Part shown: positions 1 through 8,287 of the stretch, piece by piece
How the letters are laid out: every line of letters begins with the position of its first letter
Numbering within the stretch: position 1 is the first letter of the stretch
Assembly: GCA_001779455.1 (NCBI GenBank)
Contig: MFKE01000019.1
Coordinates: 33,201 to 78,785 of the forward strand
DNA from: Candidatus Gottesmanbacteria bacterium RIFOXYB1_FULL_47_11
GTDB lineage: Bacteria; Patescibacteriota; Microgenomatia; UBA10105; UBA927
Direction: 5' to 3'
DNA length: 45,585 bases
Position numbers and translations under genes: made by a program
Notes under the pieces: model-generated
The model's input: the letters and a program-made list of their open reading frames with translations, nothing else
Databases searched by the model: none
Told to the model about the DNA's origin: nothing

Positions 1-243
1 GGGAATAAATGCGATCGCCACACGGATAGATGTTTCCTTATCCGTCAATAATTTTTTCCAATAGAGAAGTAATACGGCGAGGATCGCCCCGAGTTGGATA
101 ATAATTTCAAAGCTTTTTACAAAATCCGTTTCCGTAATTTGTAAAAACGTGCCGGCTAAGATCATGTGGCCGGTTGAGGAGATGGGGAGAAATTCAGTAA
201 TACCTTCAATGATCGACAGGATAACAGCCTGGACCCCGGTCAT
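1..243 (-). CDS. uppP: undecaprenyl-diphosphate phosphatase (UppP/BacA), first 81 codons; the gene runs off the left edge
   Basis: My own minus-strand translation from the ATG at 243..241 gives [66 protein letters not shown]. This carries the [14 protein letters not shown] motif and the following helix of BacA/UppP. It is absent from the ORF track because the edge truncates it. Its ATG overlaps the stop of the upstream ORF (ATGA). Confidence 0.85.
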   Translation of the reverse strand, partial: MTGVQAVILSIIEGITEFLPISSTGHMILAGTFLQITETDFVKSFEIIIQLGAILAVLLLYWKKLLTDKETSIRVAIAFIP

Positions 244-647
244 ATGTTCCTGAGCACGTAGCGCTTGATGTAGGTAGCGCCGCCGCGCAGTGTCGCGGTA
301 ACCGTAAGCGATGCATTAGTGATTCCGTAATGCGGTGTGCAGACGCCGTGGCTGCATGTGCCGAAGTACAAATCACGTGATTGACTCCCTCCTCCTGTTG
401 GGATAAATGATCCGGCAACGCCCTGATCAATACCGTTTGCTTTATAGCTGAGCATATAATCAAATCGTGTGACTCCGGGGATGGCGTTGAATGAGACAAC
501 AACACTGTGCGTGCCGCGGGATAGTTTGGCCGAGGAATAGGCCGCCCGTGCCGCACGGATACGTTTTTTAAGTGCATACGCTGGCTGAGGGTTGGTTAAT
601 AGGACAAAAAGCAATATAATGGATACTAATGCGACCAGTTTCTTCAT
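240..647 (-). CDS. small secreted hypothetical protein (135 aa) with an N-terminal signal peptide
   Basis: ORF track. The N-terminus [25 protein letters not shown] looks like a signal peptide. There is a CSHGVC cysteine pair. The stop overlaps the uppP start. No family recognised. Confidence 0.6.
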   Translation of the reverse strand: MKKLVALVSIILLFVLLTNPQPAYALKKRIRAARAAYSSAKLSRGTHSVVVSFNAIPGVTRFDYMLSYKANGIDQGVAGSFIPTGGGSQSRDLYFGTCSHGVCTPHYGITNASLTVTATLRGGATYIKRYVLRNI

Positions 648-1255
648 GGGTTAAGTATATCATTATTGCCGTTTTGGTTCTCGCGGTTACCGGTGCAGGT
701 GGTATCTATTTTTTTCAAAAGAAGCCGCCCGTGATTACACCGGGGGAAGTAGTTATCCCGACACCGACGCCGAACATTGAGTTAACTACATGGACGGATG
801 AGGCGGGATTTTCGTTCAAATATCCGAAGGATTTGTCCGTGAATAAACATGAAGAAGATCCGGATAATTATGCACACGTGGAGCTTACCCACAACGCTCA
901 TCCCGGTAAAATTATTGTATGGGTAAGTGATTTGCCCAAAGGGGTGATAAATCTGGCCACTTGGACGAAATTATCATCATTTGCCGGCGCCTCGGTTATT
1001 GACACAACCCTCGGCGGAGAGCCGGCCAAGAAAATTCTCGCGTCTGCTCCGGTTAAAATGTTGTCAGTCGGGACGATTAGCGACAATCTTCTTTTCAACG
1101 TGGAGGCAACCCTTACCGACAATGAATATTGGGCTGGGGTGCACGACACCATTGTCGGTAGTTTCGTATTTACCGACGCCTCAGATTCCGCGCCTTCTTC
1201 CGGAGGCGCTGCGCCAGCTGGAGAAGCGGCAGACGAAGAAGAAATACTAGAATAA
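629..1255 (+). CDS. membrane-anchored hypothetical protein (208 aa) with an acidic/Ala-rich C-terminal tail
   Basis: ORF track. It has one N-terminal TM helix (YIIIAVLVLAVTGAGGIYFF), a Pro-rich linker and then a soluble domain. The ATG at 629 overlaps the divergent ORF by 19 nt. Confidence 0.6.
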   Translation: MRPVSSWVKYIIIAVLVLAVTGAGGIYFFQKKPPVITPGEVVIPTPTPNIELTTWTDEAGFSFKYPKDLSVNKHEEDPDNYAHVELTHNAHPGKIIVWVSDLPKGVINLATWTKLSSFAGASVIDTTLGGEPAKKILASAPVKMLSVGTISDNLLFNVEATLTDNEYWAGVHDTIVGSFVFTDASDSAPSSGGAAPAGEAADEEEILE

Positions 1256-1267
1256 CCACCTCTTTTG

Positions 1268-1276
1268 TGGTATAAT
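1268..1276 (+). promoter_or_regulatory. extended -10 promoter element (TGgTATAAT) for the RRM-protein gene
   Basis: The sequence tgg-tataat lies at 1268..1276, about 84 nt upstream of the ATG at 1360. No clear -35 was seen. Confidence 0.4.
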
Positions 1277-1359
1277 TACCCTGACCTAGGAAAGAAGTGC
1301 GGAAGGCGGTCTCTTTAGGCACGTGTCCTCTTTAAGTCCTAAGGAGAAAGGAGTCTCAT

Positions 1360-1626
1360 ATGGCAATTAATTTATTTGTAGGGAATTTGCCCTATGCTAT
1401 GGATAACGACAAGCTGTCGCAGCTTTTTGCTGCAGCGGGTACAGTCGTTTCCGCCAAGGTGATCTCTGATAAATATTCAGGGCGATCACGGGGATTCGGT
1501 TTTGTCGAAATGGCAACCGATGAAGAGTCAAAAAAAGCTATTGAAATGTTCAATGGCAAAGATATTGAAGGCCGTGCATTGGTCGTCAACGAAGCCAGGC
1601 CGCGTGAAGAGCGACCGCAACAGTAA
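1360..1626 (+). CDS. RRM-type (RNP-1/RNP-2) RNA-binding protein, 88 aa
   Basis: RNP-2 is LFVGNL and RNP-1 is RGFGFVEM. It is a single RRM with no Gly-rich tail. An AAGGAG SD lies 6 nt upstream. Confidence 0.9.
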   Translation: MAINLFVGNLPYAMDNDKLSQLFAAAGTVVSAKVISDKYSGRSRGFGFVEMATDEESKKAIEMFNGKDIEGRALVVNEARPREERPQQ

Positions 1627-1655
1627 GCTTACGTAATTAAGGTTATTACCAAAAG

Positions 1656-1683
1656 CCTCACGGCGTACGTCGCGAGGTTTTTT
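1656..1683 (+). terminator. intrinsic terminator after the RRM gene
   Basis: The stem CCTCACGGC/GTCGCGAGG has 8 pairs including one G-U, plus one mismatch, around a GTAC loop. A TTTTTT run follows. Confidence 0.6.
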
Positions 1684-1717
1684 GGTGGAACATGGTACAA
1701 TACCGCAGGAGGTACAT

Positions 1718-2194
1718 ATGAATAACAAACTATTTATCGGACTCGTTGTGTTGTCGGCCGGCGTTTTAGTTGGATGGTATATGATGAAAGGTCAGCAGGC
1801 ACCCGCAGTAAATACAGAAAATGTCCCTGAAGCGCCAGCATCGGCGGGGTCAAATCTCGGCGCGCCGGGTTCTTTTGAAGGGAGCGGTTCAGGCGGTGTA
1901 GAAAAAGGCGGCGTACAAGCCAGATCTGTGGTTACGCTGACAAATACAGGATTTGCTCCCAGCCCGGTCACGGTAAAAGTCGGGACGACCGTGACGTTTG
2001 TAAATGAGTCAACCGCCATCATGTGGGTGGCATCCGATCCGCATCCTGCTCATACAATACTTCCGGAATTTGATGCGAAGGCAGGTATAAACCGAGGAGG
2101 TACATACGAGTACACATTCGCTAAAGTCGGTACGTGGACGTACCATAATCACCTGAATCCCAGTGCTAAGGGGACGGTTGTGGTGACGGAGTAA
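1718..2194 (+). CDS. membrane-anchored cupredoxin-like domain protein
   Basis: The ORF track starts at TTG 1682. I prefer ATG 1718, which is preceded by AGGAGG. The protein has an N-terminal TM helix, a Gly/Ser linker and a C-terminal beta-sandwich-like segment: VTVKVGTTVTFVNES...HPAH...YEYTFAKVGTWTYHNHLNPSAKGTVVV. His residues sit at cupredoxin-like positions. Confidence 0.6.
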   Translation: MNNKLFIGLVVLSAGVLVGWYMMKGQQAPAVNTENVPEAPASAGSNLGAPGSFEGSGSGGVEKGGVQARSVVTLTNTGFAPSPVTVKVGTTVTFVNESTAIMWVASDPHPAHTILPEFDAKAGINRGGTYEYTFAKVGTWTYHNHLNPSAKGTVVVTE

Positions 2195-4520
2195 CGGAGG
2201 GCGTGGGGATTGGCGCGCACCTGCCGCCGACAGGCTCCGTTCCTTTTACAAAATACTCCGTGCGCCCGAAATAACAGGGAAGCGCAATGATATCTTCGGG
2301 TTTGGGCATAACCTCATCCGGTGTATTTTTTAGAAGTTCCGCCATAATGTCATGCCAGATCGGTGCTGCCCCGGTAACGCCGGACGTAAGATACGGATTC
2401 ATGGGAGCATTATTATTGTTGCCTACCCAAACAACGGTAAGAAGAGACGGTGTGTATCCTATGGTCCAGTTGTCGCGTTTTGAGTCTGTCGTTCCCGTTT
2501 TTACGGCAACGGTTTTACCGGGGATGACGAGGGCGGAATTTGGTCCGAACGCAGACATACGCGCAGTATTATCACTTAATATATTGGTCAGAATCCATGC
2601 CACGCCCGGCGTAACCGCCTGGACGCCGTTTTTGGGGCTGCGTCTTTCCAGTACGCGTCCGGCATAATCGGTCACCTCCAAAATCGGAACAATTGAATGC
2701 CGTTTACCGCCGTCTGCAAGAGATCCATACGCACGCGCCATATCAAGCATGGTTACCTCTCCGCCGCCCAGGGTGAGTGAAAGACCAAACCGTTCGGAAT
2801 TATCCCAAGACTGGATGCCCATTTGTTTTCCTTTCGTAACCATGGCGGGCACCCCGATTTTTGCCAGCGTTTTTACCGCCGGGATGTTATAGGAGTTGGC
2901 TAGTGCATAGCGCAGCGGTACAAATCCGTGAAACTTTCCGTCATAGTTGACCGGCGCGTAGGATGGACTTCCGGGAGTTTTATACACAACCGGTGAATCA
3001 TCCAGGATGGTGGCGGCAGTAAATCCGTTTTCGAGTGCCGCTGCGTAGTTAATTGCCTTTATGGAGCTTCCCGGTTGCCGCAGTGACGTTGTTACATTTA
3101 CATTTCCGTCGTGCGTCGCGTCAAAGTAATCGCGGGATCCGACCATCGCAAGAATTTCTCCTGTTTTAGGACTCGTGACAAGTGCCGCTCCGTTGCCGAC
3201 AGCAAGGGAGGCTAGCGAGTCAATTTGGTTTTTGAGGATATCTTCTACTTTCTCCTGAATAGAAAGGTCAAGTGAGGTAGTTATACGGAGCCCTCCCTGT
3301 TCTACCAGTCTCGGGCCGTATGTTTTTTCGAGCAGGTTTTTGACGTACATGACAAAATGAGGCGCGCGGATAGCGGTGTTTTGCGCAGCGAAGCGGATGG
3401 GGGTAGCAAGCGCTTTTGTCTCCTCTTGCGCACTAATATAGCGATCTTCTTTCATCCTGCGGAGCGTTTCTCTCTGCCGCTCAAATGCTTTTTCCGGATG
3501 AGTTCCGAACGGGGAATATTCGCTGGGTGCTGCCGGTAATCCCGCAAGAAGCGTTGCTTCGGCAAGATTTAGATTTTTGACAGATTTACCAAAATACGTT
3601 TGTGATGCCGCCTCTACACCCCATGCGGTACCGCCATAGGGCACCTGGTTAAGATACATTTCCAGTAGTTGGTCTTTGGTATAAATTCGTTCTGCCCAAA
3701 ATGCGAGGATAAGCTCTTTTAGCTTTCGGGTAAAGGTGACTTCCGGGGAAAGAAGCGCGGATTTGATAAGTTGTTGCGTGATTGTGGATCCGCCCTGAAT
3801 GCGATGGTTTAACACGGTTTCCCGTGCAGCCCGAAGAATTCCGGAGAGGGAAAATCCCGGATGACGGTAAAAATTTTTATCTTCAATGGCAATAGTTGCC
3901 TCTTGGACGAATCTCGGAATGTCTGAAAGTGGCAGAGGGGTACGGTTTTGGTTTGTATAGATTTCGTAAAGAAGAATACCGTTCCGGTCAAAAATTTTTG
4001 TTGTTACCGCCAAATCGCGTCGCGTCAGGAGTTGCGGATTCGGAAGGGTCTGAAGCCATCTGTAGCTTTCGTACGGGATAAGGAAAAACAGTATAGTAAT
4101 ACACATGCCGGCAATAAATGATTTGATTTGCTCCGGTTTGGAAGAAGCCAGTTTGACTGCCGGCTTTTTCCATTTTGGTATTTGAAACTTCGGAAACGAA
4201 ATTTCAGGAAAGGAGACGCGCGGTAACCTAGGTATACCTATGTGCGGTAGTGATATATGGGGAAGATGCAGATAAATTGATGGTTTTTTTCGCGTACGGC
4301 CGGGAATTTTTTTACCTATATCGCAAAGACCCGAAGCGCTTCGGTTAATGTACTGAGCGGTTGTTCTACCCCAGGACTGCAGTAGTCGCCAGAGAAGACG
4401 GAATGGATAACGGATAACGTCACCAACAATGATAAATGCGGTTAGTATAAAGGCGATAAATCGAAGCGCCCAAGTTTCCTGAGATTGTGCTGATTTATTT
4501 GGATTGTTACGGCGGGCCAT
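2166..4520 (-). CDS. class A penicillin-binding protein (GT51 glycosyltransferase + transpeptidase), paralog 1, with an unusual N-terminal extension
   Basis: GT51 motifs are EDKNFYRHPG and GGSTITQQL. Transpeptidase motifs are SSIK (SxxK), SYN and KTGTT. The track ORF runs to 4706 and would overlap the upstream gene, so I chose the ATG at 4520 (MARRNNPNK). Confidence 0.85.
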   Translation of the reverse strand: MARRNNPNKSAQSQETWALRFIAFILTAFIIVGDVIRYPFRLLWRLLQSWGRTTAQYINRSASGLCDIGKKIPGRTRKKPSIYLHLPHISLPHIGIPRLPRVSFPEISFPKFQIPKWKKPAVKLASSKPEQIKSFIAGMCITILFFLIPYESYRWLQTLPNPQLLTRRDLAVTTKIFDRNGILLYEIYTNQNRTPLPLSDIPRFVQEATIAIEDKNFYRHPGFSLSGILRAARETVLNHRIQGGSTITQQLIKSALLSPEVTFTRKLKELILAFWAERIYTKDQLLEMYLNQVPYGGTAWGVEAASQTYFGKSVKNLNLAEATLLAGLPAAPSEYSPFGTHPEKAFERQRETLRRMKEDRYISAQEETKALATPIRFAAQNTAIRAPHFVMYVKNLLEKTYGPRLVEQGGLRITTSLDLSIQEKVEDILKNQIDSLASLAVGNGAALVTSPKTGEILAMVGSRDYFDATHDGNVNVTTSLRQPGSSIKAINYAAALENGFTAATILDDSPVVYKTPGSPSYAPVNYDGKFHGFVPLRYALANSYNIPAVKTLAKIGVPAMVTKGKQMGIQSWDNSERFGLSLTLGGGEVTMLDMARAYGSLADGGKRHSIVPILEVTDYAGRVLERRSPKNGVQAVTPGVAWILTNILSDNTARMSAFGPNSALVIPGKTVAVKTGTTDSKRDNWTIGYTPSLLTVVWVGNNNNAPMNPYLTSGVTGAAPIWHDIMAELLKNTPDEVMPKPEDIIALPCYFGRTEYFVKGTEPVGGRCAPIPTPSVTPSPQPSP

Positions 4521-4584
4521 AGTGGTGGAGTTATAGCACAAAAATGAGTCGTAAAACAAGAGGGAAGATGAGTGCGCGTACTGT

Positions 4585-6819
4585 CTATTTAATAAATACC
4601 GGTTTTTCGACAGTGCGTTGGCAATCCAAACACCAGACGGATATCCCATCACGGACGATCTGATGTTCCTGTGTTTCCACATTTGCACCGGGTTTGTTTG
4701 GCTCAACGATATCTCCCGTATCTTTATCTATTACAACTGTTTGTTTCAGATTTTCTCTCTCTGTGGGCACCGTTCCCTTGATAAAATATTCAAATCGAGT
4801 TGCACAGCCGCGGTCTCCCGCGTTTGGATCAGGGTTCGGTGGCAAGAGACCTGTGGTCGTACACACCTGCGCACCGACAATACCGTCGGGTTGTTTGGGC
4901 CAAACGTCAGGTTGTCCGGTAATGGCACGCACCATGAGTTTGTGCCAAATGGGTGCTGCCCCGGATACACCGGACACCAGATATGGATTCATCGGCGTAT
5001 TATCGTTATTGCCGACCCATGTAGCGACCAATACCTGCGGCGTATAGCCGATGGTCCAGTTATCCCTCAGGTCATTGGTAGTTCCTGTTTTGACCGATAC
5101 AGCGCGGTTGGGTATGTACAATTCCGATGCAGGACCAAATGCTGCTTGGCGAGCGTTGTTATCCAGGAGTATATGTGAGATGAGAAACGCAGTTTCTGGT
5201 GATACGACGCGCGGGCCCTGAATAAGAAGTTGCGACATCATATCTTTCCCGAGGTTGGGGTCTTTGTACTGGTCAAGCACTTTCCCATTTTTATCGACAA
5301 CCTTGAGAATCGCAATAAGATCACGGCGTATGCCGCCGTTGGCAAATACGCCGAAGGCGGCGGCCATATCGGTCATATGGATTTCGCCCCCGCCCAGGGT
5401 GAGTGACAATCCATACAGCGACGGATCTTTGAGTGTGGTCAACCCGAAAGCGCTAGCTGAGGCCACCATATCGGTGACCGTATTCATATAGAGCATTTTG
5501 ACTGCAGGAATATTAAATGAATTCCCCAGAGCCATCCGCAGTTGTACAGGTCCGCGGAATTTGCCGTCATAATTTCTCGGGCAGTAGGTGGGTTGGCCGG
5601 GAGAGCTGCCGAAACAGGTAGGCTCATCGATAAACATAGTTGCCGGCGTCACGATGTGCTTTTCCAGGCCGATTGCATAATTGATCGGTTTGATGGAAGA
5701 CCCGGGTTGCCGTAGTGCCGTCGTGACATTAAAGTTTCCCGACGGGCTGGCAAAATAGTCTACCGATCCGACCATCGCAAGAATTTCTCCCGTTGCAGGG
5801 CGTGTGATGAGTGCAGCGCCGTTGGTCACGCGGTAATTTTTGAGTTTAGCGACTTCTGCCGCAACCGTTGACTGCGCATACTCCTGAAGATCCAGATCGA
5901 GGGTTGTCGTGACTTTGAGTCCGCCGCGCTCAACCAGCGCCTCGCCGTATTTTTCAACAAGCTGCTCTTTGACATACATAACAAAGTGAGGCGCCTTTAT
6001 GCCGGATGTTTGTTTATATTCAATAGGAGTGTTTGCGGCTTCGTCTGCTTGACCCTGGGTAATATAACGGTCTTCCGTCATTCTCCGGAGTACTTCCTTC
6101 TGCCGCATTTGAGCAAGTTCCGGATGTGCTCCGAATGGGGAGTATTGCGTCGGCGCCTGAGGGAGACCGGAAAGAAGCGCTGCTTCGGCAAGCGACAGAT
6201 CACGGACGTTTTTGCCGAAATAGCGTTCTGATGCAGATTCGATGCCCCATGCAGTGCCTCCGTAGGGGACCTGGTTGAGATAGAGTTCGAGGATTTTATC
6301 TTTAGGATAGAGAACTTCTACCCATGTTGCCAAAATAATTTCTTTGATTTTACGGATGACGGTCCGCTCAGAGGTGAGGAGCGCAGATTTCACCAGCTGC
6401 TGCGTGATTGTAGAGCCGCCCTGAAGTTGCCGGTGCGTGACATCCGCAACAAGTGCCCGCAGGAGCCCTCCGATGACATTTACTCCGTTATGTTTATAGA
6501 AATCTTTATCTTCTATTGCGATGGTGGCCTGTTGGACGTGTTTGGGGATTTCACTAAGCGGTACCGGCGTGCGGTTTTGATCTGCAAAAATATCAAACAG
6601 GAGTGTGCCGCTCCGGTCATAAATTTTTGTCGCAATCGGAATATCATACCGGCCAAGTTTGGTTGGCGAGGGTAAGTCTTTAAAAATTAAAAGATATGAA
6701 AGGAGAACAAACGCCAGCGGTACTATCCAAAATGCATAAAAAACAGGTGGAAATTTTACCCCTGGTTTTTTTTGAAACAACGCAGTTCGAATGCGTTTGA
6801 TTTGTGTACGGAATATCAT
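4585..6819 (-). CDS. class A penicillin-binding protein (GT51 + transpeptidase), paralog 2
   Basis: Motifs EDKDFYKHNG, GGSTITQQL, SSIK, SFN and KTGTT, with a single N-terminal TM helix. By eye it is about 60 percent identical to paralog 1 across the catalytic domains. Confidence 0.9.
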   Translation of the reverse strand: MIFRTQIKRIRTALFQKKPGVKFPPVFYAFWIVPLAFVLLSYLLIFKDLPSPTKLGRYDIPIATKIYDRSGTLLFDIFADQNRTPVPLSEIPKHVQQATIAIEDKDFYKHNGVNVIGGLLRALVADVTHRQLQGGSTITQQLVKSALLTSERTVIRKIKEIILATWVEVLYPKDKILELYLNQVPYGGTAWGIESASERYFGKNVRDLSLAEAALLSGLPQAPTQYSPFGAHPELAQMRQKEVLRRMTEDRYITQGQADEAANTPIEYKQTSGIKAPHFVMYVKEQLVEKYGEALVERGGLKVTTTLDLDLQEYAQSTVAAEVAKLKNYRVTNGAALITRPATGEILAMVGSVDYFASPSGNFNVTTALRQPGSSIKPINYAIGLEKHIVTPATMFIDEPTCFGSSPGQPTYCPRNYDGKFRGPVQLRMALGNSFNIPAVKMLYMNTVTDMVASASAFGLTTLKDPSLYGLSLTLGGGEIHMTDMAAAFGVFANGGIRRDLIAILKVVDKNGKVLDQYKDPNLGKDMMSQLLIQGPRVVSPETAFLISHILLDNNARQAAFGPASELYIPNRAVSVKTGTTNDLRDNWTIGYTPQVLVATWVGNNDNTPMNPYLVSGVSGAAPIWHKLMVRAITGQPDVWPKQPDGIVGAQVCTTTGLLPPNPDPNAGDRGCATRFEYFIKGTVPTERENLKQTVVIDKDTGDIVEPNKPGANVETQEHQIVRDGISVWCLDCQRTVEKPVFIK

Positions 6820-6882
6820 GTATCTATTATATCAAGAACATGAATAAGACTGTATAATAGAGGGTAGAAAGGAAATTACATT

Positions 6883-7500
6883 ATGTATACGTTACCGGAA
6901 TTGCCTTATGCATACGACGCGCTTGAGCCATATATAGATACGCGGACGATGACGGTTCATCACGATAAGCACCATGCGACATATGTGAAGAATCTTAATG
7001 ATGCGCTGGCTCCGATCGGATCGGAGCTGGCTGGTTTGTTTGAGGGTACTCCCGTGGAAGAATTGCTGAAAAAACTTGATGACGTGCCGGAAGCGGTGAG
7101 AACGAAGGTAAAAAATAACGCGGGCGGCCATGCGAATCACAGCTTATTCTGGACAATAATGAGTCCGGTAAAATCCGCTCCAACGGGAAAATTGCTTGAG
7201 GCGCTCAATACTGCGTTCGGAAGCCCTGAAAAATTTCAGGAGGTATTCAGTACTGCCGCGCTCAATCGCTTCGGATCCGGTTGGGTTTGGCTTGTTCTTG
7301 ATGGCGGAAAGCTGGCGATCATGGATACGCCAAATCAGGATAGCCCGGTGAGCGTCGGCGCTACTTCCATTCTCACGCTTGACGTGTGGGAGCACGCATA
7401 CTATCTGAAATATCAAAATATGCGGGCGGACTATATTACAGCATGGTGGAATGTTGTGAATTGGACTGAGGTTGCCCGGCGATTCACTACAGCTTCATGA
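6883..7500 (+). CDS. sodA: Fe/Mn-family superoxide dismutase
   Basis: [22 protein letters not shown] and [13 protein letters not shown]. Metal specificity cannot be judged from the sequence, so the symbol is nominal. Confidence 0.9.
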   Translation: MYTLPELPYAYDALEPYIDTRTMTVHHDKHHATYVKNLNDALAPIGSELAGLFEGTPVEELLKKLDDVPEAVRTKVKNNAGGHANHSLFWTIMSPVKSAPTGKLLEALNTAFGSPEKFQEVFSTAALNRFGSGWVWLVLDGGKLAIMDTPNQDSPVSVGATSILTLDVWEHAYYLKYQNMRADYITAWWNVVNWTEVARRFTTAS

Positions 7501-8240
7501 AAATTGATCCTTTTTTTGCGCCGCCTCCGGCGAAACGGCCGGAGGATGTTACCCTTTTTGCGGGAGGTCAACACACAGGGGAACGAACCATTCAGGAAGA
7601 TGCACTTGCACATTTGAATGATGAATGTTTTGTGGTTGCCGACGGCGTGGGAAGTTTGCCGCATGCTTCGCTGGCGGCGACATTGACGGCAAATACCGCA
7701 ATATGGGCATATAAGGTGGTGCGCACCCGCCCGTTTTATTGGGGGGAAAAGCTCGAGCTTTTAAAGCGTATTTTCCGATCGACAAATCTTACCCTTTGGC
7801 AAAAGCGTCGGGAGAAAGGGTTTGAACAGGGGCTTGCAGCAGCCCTTGCCCTCGTCATCATCGGACCTGATAATTTTTGGGTCGGCTCCTCCGGCAATTG
7901 CAGTTGTTTTCTGTACCGCGAAAGCCTGATTGATGAACTGATTACTCCGGATATCGACGGGGAGGGTATGCTTACGAAAGCGGTCGGATTTGCACGGAAA
8001 CAACTTATTCCGATGCGCAGGTCTGAAAAATTTTTACACGACGACGTTATTCTTCTTTGCACGGATGGTGTAGCAAACTATGTGACGGAGGATCAGATGC
8101 GCAGCGTCTTTGAACAGACCGGCCGTTCGGCAGACTCCATGTCAGTTGCTCTCAACAACCTGCTCACTATAGCACGGCAAAACGGTAGTGACGACAATAT
8201 GGCTGCGTGGCTGATTAAACGTATTACTCAAGAGTTCTAA
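7497..8240 (+). CDS. PP2C-family (PPM) Ser/Thr protein phosphatase
   Basis: The metal-binding Asp motifs are EDA...VADGVG, LLCTDGV and GSDDNMA. The start overlaps the sod stop (ATGA). Confidence 0.75.
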   Translation: MKIDPFFAPPPAKRPEDVTLFAGGQHTGERTIQEDALAHLNDECFVVADGVGSLPHASLAATLTANTAIWAYKVVRTRPFYWGEKLELLKRIFRSTNLTLWQKRREKGFEQGLAAALALVIIGPDNFWVGSSGNCSCFLYRESLIDELITPDIDGEGMLTKAVGFARKQLIPMRRSEKFLHDDVILLCTDGVANYVTEDQMRSVFEQTGRSADSMSVALNNLLTIARQNGSDDNMAAWLIKRITQEF

Positions 8241-8287
8241 ATTCTGGTGCTTGGTGCGGGTAGTTGAGTGCTTTATACTAAATAGAT

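Noticed and set aside
206-577. 123-aa minus-strand ORF overlapping 240..647 in another frame
   Set aside because: The competing frame has a clean signal peptide and an ATGA junction with uppP. This ORF would run into the uppP coding region and has no features.
4521-4706. Upstream extension of the PBP paralog 1 ORF (track start at 4706)
   Set aside because: It would overlap the last 122 nt of the upstream PBP gene. The extension sequence has no PBP-like or membrane features. The ATG at 4520 leaves a normal 64-nt gap.
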